The notes under the pieces were generated by a model. That model was not told where the DNA came from, did not search any database, and saw only the letters and a program-made list of their open reading frames with translations. A program made the translations under genes and the position numbers. From Treponemataceae bacterium (GTDB taxonomy: Bacteria > Spirochaetota > Spirochaetia > Treponematales > Rectinemataceae), in assembly GCA_963677895.2 (NCBI GenBank), contig CAXXGJ010000018.1:1-64000 (forward strand): a DNA stretch of 64,000 nucleotides, written 5' to 3'. Within the stretch, counting starts at the first letter, position 1. Every line of letters begins with the position of its first letter. Of the stretch, positions 29,868 through 36,990 are shown one piece after another.

Positions 29868-30349
29868 CCGCAGCTATACCTATTGGCTACCCACTCCGGC
29901 GTAGTACGCGAATTCCCCGTGGCAGGGTCATCCCAATCGGTGATCTTTCCATTGATGGCGTCGATAATTCGGTCGCCTTGCCAGCCGACTACAGCCGCAT
30001 CGCCGTATTTGCGCAACTCGTCGGGAATGTCGGCGTCTGTTGCTCCTTGCGCGAAGACGCCGAGGACATTTTTCCCTTGCTCGACAGCGTACTTGATCTC
30101 CTTGTTGACCCAATCACTCTGCGCCGTATCGTGGGTAATCAGTACGACTAAAGTGCTAGCCCAGTCGATGTGTGGTTTGAGGTAATTGTTCATGATGTAA
30201 TCAGGGTCCTTCGCAGCATTCGGTTTGTCGCTATTGATTGAGCTATCTCGGACCTCCATGCCCGCATGCTTAATCAAGTCCTTAAGCTTCGGCAGAAGGT
30301 CGTCGTCCTCGTGGACGTGAGAGATGAAGATGTTCTTCGTTTCTGGCAT
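29864..30349 (-). CDS. TIR domain protein (ThsB-like, MTH538/DUF1863 type)
   Basis: NIFISHVHEDD, DSSI, ASTLVVLI...T..SDWVNKEI.YA (catalytic Glu), GK.VLGV. Confidence 0.88.
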   Translation of the reverse strand: MPETKNIFISHVHEDDDLLPKLKDLIKHAGMEVRDSSINSDKPNAAKDPDYIMNNYLKPHIDWASTLVVLITHDTAQSDWVNKEIKYAVEQGKNVLGVFAQGATDADIPDELRKYGDAAVVGWQGDRIIDAINGKITDWDDPATGNSRTTPEWVANRYSCG

Positions 30350-30606
30350 GCTTATCCCCCTATAACGCAAATATTTTGTTTCCCTGACTGCCTTCACTTA
30401 CTGCATTTTTCAAGCTGGTGGTGTTGGAATCTTTTTCTGCCAGAATTTAAAAGGTGTCAACCCACCAAGCATTCTGAGCCTCGCTTAGTAACGAAATACC
30501 CCGCGATATTACTACCTGCGCTCGAAAGTATTCCAGTTCCAGAGTAATAGACTTACTTACGACAAATTCCTTCGATTTATCCTTCTTTCAGTTCAGCTCT
30601 TTAGTA

Positions 30607-31653
30607 TTACCTCTCCTTTGATTTACACCATGCGATCCAGGATTTACCCCAGTATTGCCCTGCCCCTTTTATACTCTCCAATGCTTCGTCATGGTACCCA
30701 AGTCGCCTATAGGACTCTGCTCCTAAAACACAAAGCCATTCTTTATAGCCAGTTGGTATCATGGTCGGCGCTCTTGAAAGAACCTTTTGTACTTGCTTTG
30801 CATCAATAGCGTGCCCTAAATGCAGGGTCGCGAGTACGATAAATTGCCATACTTTTATCCATTCGGCATATGGCAGTCTCAGGTCAGTATGATTTATCTC
30901 CCTATCCTCTTTCGGCGTTGGGTTACTTAGGAATTCAGAGTGATAGCCATAGATGTGTAATGAATCACTAATATGGTTGTACGATCCGATTTCAATACCC
31001 AACCATCCTGCGAATATCTCTTGAATTGTGGTAAATTGAATAAAATTATATGGCATTCCCCAAATCAGGTCATTGGAACGCATCACGTGTAGCCACTCAA
31101 GCTTGTCGTTTCGGACTAACAGATGGCTAGCTATACTACAAGGAATATCTTTCGATTTCTCAGTAGTCCCTGGAAGATCTTTTTCTGTATCCCAATATTG
31201 TAGAACTACTTGCCGTGAATCAGGTTTGTTCTTGAGAATCTGAACTGCAGCATGCAGCTGGTCTGTATTTTGCTTATCGCACCAATTTCCGTGCCGGAGA
31301 GAACGACCGATGCTGGAGCCAATTCTAGGTACGAACCCCAGGCGATAGCCATAAGCTCCGTGCAAATAATTATCTCCACCATCGGCATACTTGGTCATTC
31401 TTGAATTCCATGCCGATAAAAAGGATAAATCATTAGCGCCAGATAGAATCCATACTACTTCTACGATCGCGAAGGCAGGGTTTATTTCTCGTGCAAATAC
31501 AATCCGTTGCCTTGGATCATCTATCTCGATGGCTACATGGAGAAGTTCTGTTGTGGTTCCATTTCGACTAGTTTGTACGCTGCCTTGTTTCTTGAGTAGA
31601 TCGATCGCTTGAGTCCAAGCATCGTCTGCCGATCTTGCCGTAATGGAAATCAT
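30607..31653 (-). CDS. Thymidylate synthase-like protein (possible dUMP hydroxymethylase)
   Basis: SRNG.T.E, NPAFAIVEVVWILSG, GAYG.R, SRQ, DIPC (catalytic Cys), MRSNDL.WGMPYN, SLHIY, plus a ~95-aa C-terminal extension. Confidence 0.85.
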   Translation of the reverse strand: MISITARSADDAWTQAIDLLKKQGSVQTSRNGTTTELLHVAIEIDDPRQRIVFAREINPAFAIVEVVWILSGANDLSFLSAWNSRMTKYADGGDNYLHGAYGYRLGFVPRIGSSIGRSLRHGNWCDKQNTDQLHAAVQILKNKPDSRQVVLQYWDTEKDLPGTTEKSKDIPCSIASHLLVRNDKLEWLHVMRSNDLIWGMPYNFIQFTTIQEIFAGWLGIEIGSYNHISDSLHIYGYHSEFLSNPTPKEDREINHTDLRLPYAEWIKVWQFIVLATLHLGHAIDAKQVQKVLSRAPTMIPTGYKEWLCVLGAESYRRLGYHDEALESIKGAGQYWGKSWIAWCKSKER

Positions 31654-32267
31654 TGTTTTTCCATATTTTGTAATATCTTGACGGCTTGTTTAAAAGTTTT
31701 ATCTTCTGATCCATTGTTATCAAGTATATGAATCTCAATTCCTTTAACTTGTTCTAGATCAATAATTTCACGATAGAATAATTCCAGTTTTGTATGTCGT
31801 TCCTTGTCGCTTTCGTAGGGTTTCAAGCTTGTTTTTCGAGACAGGAAGAAATATACCGGAGGTGGCAAAGTGTCCCAAAACGGCCATTCTAGCTTGACTA
31901 GCGACAATGCTCTATCCTTGGATAAGTGTAGGCGACTATAAGCATAAGTGCTCCACCATGACCTATCCAACAGAATACTACCTCCTCTTTCAAAGTGATC
32001 GCGAAAACTGGTCTCGATTTGATCAATATGCGCGGCCATATGAAGAACCTGCATCGCAGTCTCATTCGGCTTACGAAGATAAGTTAGCTCACCGTGGTGG
32101 ATAGCATAGATGAGCTGGCCAAGTGTTCCGATATCATGCCCCGGAAATGCTGCTCGCATGATGTTGGTTTCGGGAAATTGGACCTGTAAATATTTTTCTA
32201 ATTGACTAATCAAAGAGCTTTTCCCTGATCCATCTGCACCTTCAAAGACAAGAAACTTATTTTTCAT
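31650..32267 (-). CDS. Thymidylate kinase-like P-loop kinase
   Basis: FLVFEGADGSGKSS, FPG, LLDRSWWSTYAY. Confidence 0.85.
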   Translation of the reverse strand: MKNKFLVFEGADGSGKSSLISQLEKYLQVQFPETNIMRAAFPGHDIGTLGQLIYAIHHGELTYLRKPNETAMQVLHMAAHIDQIETSFRDHFERGGSILLDRSWWSTYAYSRLHLSKDRALSLVKLEWPFWDTLPPPVYFFLSRKTSLKPYESDKERHTKLELFYREIIDLEQVKGIEIHILDNNGSEDKTFKQAVKILQNMEKQ

Positions 32268-32293
32268 AGGTTACCTCTCGACTTATTAGGTTT

Positions 32294-34321
32294 TTAATTC
32301 GGATAACAATTCTGGAGCCCCATTAATATTAGTTCAATTATTCGCTCTGGTGACCGCGTTGTCGCAAGCTCGTGGTTCTCTTCTTTCGTCAGTCCATTCT
32401 TTAGCCCTACAAGGCCGCATGTTTTCAGCTCATCGACGATGGTGTCATATTCATCCCATGGTTCGCCCTGCTTTTGATACAGCAACCGCAATTCTTCCGA
32501 GAATGGGACGGCTTTCTGATAATTCCAGTGTAGTTCGGGCCGAATATGCCCCTCCAGCGCATCGAAGATAAGCCGAGCACAGCCACCGAACGTACCAATA
32601 AGGTAGACTGGACGCTTGGCGCGTATTGACAGAAGCGCCTCCTCTAATACACCGGGCATCCTTCCGCGATAGCCATCGCCAGTGGGACCAAGTCGTCCCC
32701 CAACCACAACGCGCGCAGCGACATCCTCAGTTTGCTGTTGCCGCATGATGGTGAGGCCACGTGACCAGGCGAAGCGACGCATTGCGGAATTGACCAGTAT
32801 TTCTACTGACGGCGTTGTGATAAACGCAGCATCCAACGTCTCATCGAGACCATTCGGTCTCGCGCAACGACGTACATCAACCAGCGCGCTTCCGCTGTTA
32901 AGGCGGGCAATATCAACGGGGGTGCTCGCGTTTGGCCACGCAAGATATGCAACCAGTTCTGCAGGCTGCCCGGCCTCCGGCGTTGGCTCGCCGCGAAGCT
33001 GCTCGATGGTCGGGTCGTATAGAAGGTCCGCAAGCCTGACAGTGTAACCGGCGGAACCGAGGTGGCCGCCATAGGCCAGGCGCACCCCAGCAACTAAAAG
33101 ATAACGTGAGATATCGAGTAAGACCTCGTCGAGGTGAGGCTTACGTAGACCGAAACACGGAAGGTCTTCGGCTTCCGAAATTGAAAGAGCTACTAGAAGC
33201 TGCTGGGCACGCAGATTATGAATTTTCGCATAACGCTCAAGCGGTGTCTCAACGGTCACACCCGTGAGGGAAAGAACTGCGAGTTCCTCACTCCCAAGCG
33301 GAGGATCGGGATAAAGCACGGGCCTTGCTTTGTCCCGATGTACTAACGTCACGAGCTCAGGCCCAGAAGGAAGGATGTCGTCGCCCGGGCGTGCGCGCTT
33401 GCGAAGCATCTCTTCCGCGTACATATAGCGCAGGGTCTCTCGAAGCAGTGAATCGATAACGGCCCGAGGATCATCCTTCCAGCGCAGTACGGGCACGTTG
33501 CCAGAGTAAGGAAAACGTCGGATCTCTCGCTCCTGAATCGCATCGACAATCACAAACGGCCTCTGGTAGCGTTTCGCGAAGAGGACCTCTCTGCGACACC
33601 AGGAGCGTGACGAATAGGCATCCGTCACGACGGCGAGCAGGGCGGAATCGGCCACGCCGGCTTCGATCGCTTTGGCGAATCGAGATCCGGACGCAATGTC
33701 TCCGCTGTCGAACCATGTCTTCTCCGGCTGGTTCGCCTTCAAATACTCGAGCAGCGTGTTCACGACACTGTGTGGTTTCCCTGCGTCGATCTTCGCATGG
33801 CTAAGAAAAATGGTCATCGAAGGGGCGTCCTCATCGACCGAATGTGGTCGAAGGAGGCGGATCAGAAGGTGTAGCATCCTTCGCGCGACTAACTTTTTGC
33901 GCTCTGCATCATTGGGCTCATCGAACGCGCGAAGGAAGTTCAGATTCTTGAGGCGCACGTCGATGGGCCACGCAAAACTACTGAGGCTCACCGGAAGGAA
34001 GCGACGATCGGGTGACTCGTTGCAGAGATCACGGAGCTTGACACCATAGTCTCCCCACGTGATGCCACCGTCTCGCCCCGATCTCGCATAATTGACGAGT
34101 TGATCGTCGGCCAAGAGCACGACCAGAACGCGATCTGCCTCCTCGCTGAGTCTCGGCTCTGGCGGCATAAACGTGTAATCGTTTGGCGTGAAGATGGTTG
34201 GAATGCGGAGCCCTGGGGCTGCTGCGTCGTCATTGATGATGTCGCGCAGATACTCGGCCATTGCGGCAGCTTCGGCCGACGCCGGGTGGAACTCGAATTG
34301 AACGAGGAGTGGGTACTTCAT
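32294..34321 (-). CDS. TIR-SLOG fusion protein with an additional N-terminal alpha/beta domain
   Basis: Central TIR (IFLSHAK.D, WFDSGDI..G, YSSRSWCRREV). C-terminal SLOG cluster-2-like region (VALSISE, RYLL..G..LAYGG, LT.MR, ARVVVGG, Y.G.MPGVLEE, P.YLIG.FGG, NGLT.EEN..L). Confidence 0.82.
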   Translation of the reverse strand: MKYPLLVQFEFHPASAEAAAMAEYLRDIINDDAAAPGLRIPTIFTPNDYTFMPPEPRLSEEADRVLVVLLADDQLVNYARSGRDGGITWGDYGVKLRDLCNESPDRRFLPVSLSSFAWPIDVRLKNLNFLRAFDEPNDAERKKLVARRMLHLLIRLLRPHSVDEDAPSMTIFLSHAKIDAGKPHSVVNTLLEYLKANQPEKTWFDSGDIASGSRFAKAIEAGVADSALLAVVTDAYSSRSWCRREVLFAKRYQRPFVIVDAIQEREIRRFPYSGNVPVLRWKDDPRAVIDSLLRETLRYMYAEEMLRKRARPGDDILPSGPELVTLVHRDKARPVLYPDPPLGSEELAVLSLTGVTVETPLERYAKIHNLRAQQLLVALSISEAEDLPCFGLRKPHLDEVLLDISRYLLVAGVRLAYGGHLGSAGYTVRLADLLYDPTIEQLRGEPTPEAGQPAELVAYLAWPNASTPVDIARLNSGSALVDVRRCARPNGLDETLDAAFITTPSVEILVNSAMRRFAWSRGLTIMRQQQTEDVAARVVVGGRLGPTGDGYRGRMPGVLEEALLSIRAKRPVYLIGTFGGCARLIFDALEGHIRPELHWNYQKAVPFSEELRLLYQKQGEPWDEYDTIVDELKTCGLVGLKNGLTKEENHELATTRSPERIIELILMGLQNCYPN

Positions 34322-34500
34322 ATCGTCACCACCTCTATCTGTCCAGTCACCGCCGTTGCGACAAGTGCTACGTGGCGTTCCTTGAGCAGCGCAATGCTAC
34401 GCTCAGCGGCAATTTGTACAGTATCGAGCTTTGCAGTCTCGCGGGCAATGTGGTCGGCGATCTGCCAGATTAGGTTCGCGAAGTAGTTATGGTCAGGCAT
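34318..34500 (-). pseudogene. Chimeric hsdM'::'hsdS deletion remnant (60 aa)
   Basis: The first 16 aa (MPDHNYFANLIWQIAD) look like an HsdM N-terminus. The remainder (HIARETAKLD...ERSIALLKERHVALVATAVTGQIEV) looks like an HsdS C-terminal conserved helix. Confidence 0.75.
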
Positions 34501-35049
34501 TCGCCAGTCCTCCTAGATTAGTCGAGCCCCCATCATCAATAACAGGATTCAGGGCTAGAAGGCGGAATGGGACGAGGGATGCGGTCCTGAGGGCATCTTC
34601 TTTACTAGTCCAGGTCATGGTAGGCATATACCTAAGTCCTTTACTAATATAGCTTCTCGCTGGGCTTTTAAGTCAAATAGTACCTCATGAGCCGGGAGCA
34701 AGCAAGATAGCTTACTTCGGAATCGTTTAATATCAGACTAGGTTTGTGGACCAAGAAGCCTACATGATGGTAGCCGCATCACTAGTACCGAAGGAGTCGG
34801 CGCTAATGACTTTGCCTCGGGGTGAAGCGTGAGGCGTTTACCCTTGACGACTATCCTCTCGAATGCAATTACTGCCCGACAAGACGCTTGGCCTTGGCCA
34901 AGCTAATCCTGAGCTTCTCGGCTGCCTAATCGTGGCAATAGAGATACAGAAGGCGACGTCGTCCTTCGCTGCTTCTATAAAGGCATTCGGTGTGAATGGA
35001 GAGGCATAGGATTGAAAATAAAGCTGACCCCTATGACTAAGTCCGCGTC

Positions 35050-35122
35050 TGAATCGCCCCGGGTTTGCCGGAGACTGAATCCTTTGAGAGGATACGGTCA
35101 TGGGCAAGGGACGTTTTTCTTA
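35050..35122 (+). mobile_element. IS3-family left end remnant
   Basis: TGAATCGCCCCGGGTTTGCCGGAGAC resembles IS3-family (IS629/IS6110-like) terminal inverted repeats. It is followed by a GAGAGG RBS and ATG GGC AAG GGA CGT TTT TCT (MGKGRFS), then truncated. Confidence 0.65.
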
Positions 35123-35199
35123 TCAATCCCATTGTATTTTCTTAATACTCTCTTCTCCTGATTCCAGAAGTATAGACATCCCCTAATCCTGTCGACCTT

Positions 35200-35465
35200 C
35201 CGCCTGCACTCGATTTATCCTCGAATTCAACAAGGCTCTGATAGCTCAGGTAGCCGTTTCCTGTTTACGATTATAGAACAGCTCAATATAGTCTAAAAGA
35301 TCCATTCGAGCCTCGGATCAGTCTTCTTTCTAATCCTTTCTTTCTTCAGGCCTGTGAAGAAGGATTTAGGACAGGCATTCCTTCAGCAGTTGCCGGGTCG
35401 GTTCATGCTGATCTTGAAACCATTCCTACAGCTATCTGACCCCGATAGTCACTTAAGTACCGGAA
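35200..35465 (-). pseudogene. IS3-family transposase OrfB C-terminal fragment
   Basis: Minus-strand fragments GFKISMNRPGNC*RNACPKSFFTGLKKERIRKK and SEARMDLLDYIELFYNRK...GYLSYQSLVEFE match IS3 integrase-core motifs (SMS..GNC.DNA..ESFF..LK.E; YIE.FYNR.R). Stops and frameshifts are present. Confidence 0.75.
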
Positions 35466-35650
35466 ATATAGGATGCGTCTTTACAGGCTATCGCTGAATG
35501 GGAAGTCTTTAACTCCAGTTTCATGCTAAATGACCTAATCTGTATATGTTGAATGACAAAAATAAAAATAATTGATAACTTATTGCTTGCAATAGGATAA
35601 ACATTGCTGTATGTTAAATGTTGTCAAGCAATATGTGCAAATCTTGAAGG

Positions 35651-36832
35651 ATGGAGTTGATGTACGAGCAGGTGCGGCTAGTCAAGCCGGGATTCGATGA
35701 CGAACTCACAGGTTTGATCATTGATCTCGATTACCTCCGGAGAGGACAGCCCGGGGGATCGACGCCTACGTGGCTCTTCGTCCAGCTTAAAGGAATCTTC
35801 CACATGCTGGAAGGGCTTGGTTCTGCCAGAATCGAAGGGAATCGCACCACAATCGCGGAAGCGGCAGAAGACCGCATCGCGGGAGCAACTACGTTTTTCG
35901 GAACCGATGAAAGGATCAAGGAATACCTGAATGTAGAACTTGCACTCGATTTCCTTGAAACCATTCCGCCCGACAGCCTCGCCACTGGTGCTGTATGTCG
36001 TGAACTTCATAAACGGGTGGTCGCCGGGCTTTCTGCCGGGAGGGGGGGAGAGGGCTCGTCAAATCCTGGGGAATGGCGTGTGGGATCAGTAAATATCACA
36101 GGTTCCCGTCACCGTCCATCTGCGGCAGGTGATGTACCAGCCCTTATGCAGGAGCTGTTTTCGTTTCTGGCAACGCCTGACGATCCTCGTTATGACTTGA
36201 TCAAGCTGGCGCTCGCCCATCACCGCTTCGCGTGGATACATCCGTTCGACAACGGTAACGGCAGGACGGTTCGCCTTTTCACCTATGGTCTTCTCGTCCG
36301 CGCCGGATTTCGGGTGGCAGGAATAGGGCAGAATGGACGAATCCTCCAGCCGACAGCGATATTCTGCTCGGATCGGGCTGCCTACTATGCGGCGCTCGAC
36401 AGGGCCGATGACGGCGACGATGACGGTCTTCTCGCCTGGTGTCTATATGTACTTCGCGGACTGAAATTGGAAATCGAGAAGATCGACCGATTGTCCGATT
36501 ACTCCTTCCTGCGTGATCACCTGCTGCTCCCCTCTATCAACGAGCTGGCCGAGCGGGGCGGGATCAATAGTCGTGAAAGAAGTATCCTCCTCGGGGTAGC
36601 GAGGAGCGGGAAGCCGATCGCCAATTCCGATGCCCGAGCGTTCTTCGACGAAAAAGTTTCGGTTACCCATACGTCACGCCTCATCGCAAGCCTTCGTGAA
36701 CGAAAGCTCTTGGTTCCGATATCCGAGGGGGCTCGTACCTATACACTCGGCTTTTCAAAAAGCCCCTTGTTGCGTACGTTGATACGCGCGCTGGATAAAG
36801 AAGGCTTCCTTCCATTCCAAGGCGAAACCTGA
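35651..36832 (+). CDS. Fic family protein with an N-terminal inhibitory motif and C-terminal wHTH-like region
   Basis: HPFDNGNGRTVR catalytic motif and SARIEGN, matching the (S/T)xxxE(G/N) motif. Confidence 0.9.
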   Translation: MELMYEQVRLVKPGFDDELTGLIIDLDYLRRGQPGGSTPTWLFVQLKGIFHMLEGLGSARIEGNRTTIAEAAEDRIAGATTFFGTDERIKEYLNVELALDFLETIPPDSLATGAVCRELHKRVVAGLSAGRGGEGSSNPGEWRVGSVNITGSRHRPSAAGDVPALMQELFSFLATPDDPRYDLIKLALAHHRFAWIHPFDNGNGRTVRLFTYGLLVRAGFRVAGIGQNGRILQPTAIFCSDRAAYYAALDRADDGDDDGLLAWCLYVLRGLKLEIEKIDRLSDYSFLRDHLLLPSINELAERGGINSRERSILLGVARSGKPIANSDARAFFDEKVSVTHTSRLIASLRERKLLVPISEGARTYTLGFSKSPLLRTLIRALDKEGFLPFQGET

Positions 36833-36990
36833 TTGTTTGCATGAGTATGTTAGCGTGACGCTTGAAAAACGTGACAGCAGATGTGACAGCACTTCCGGCA
36901 ATGCGTACTTGACGGAAACCTAATCCAGATATAGAAATAAAGACAGAGAATGCATGAAGCCGCATCAAGCGGATATTCGGGTTTAGAGGA

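Noticed and set aside
30350..30606. Extra gene or ncRNA in the gap between the TS-like and TIR genes
   Set aside because: Only short ORF fragments and no convincing structure. It may hold an internal promoter, but I cannot support one.
27641..34321. Calling the operon a standard Thoeris system or a prophage DNA-modification cassette
   Set aside because: There is no SIR2, Macro/TM or caspase ThsA, and no phage replication or structural genes nearby.
34838..35107. 89-aa minus-strand ORF
   Set aside because: It runs across the IS3 left end and unrelated debris, with no recognisable motif.
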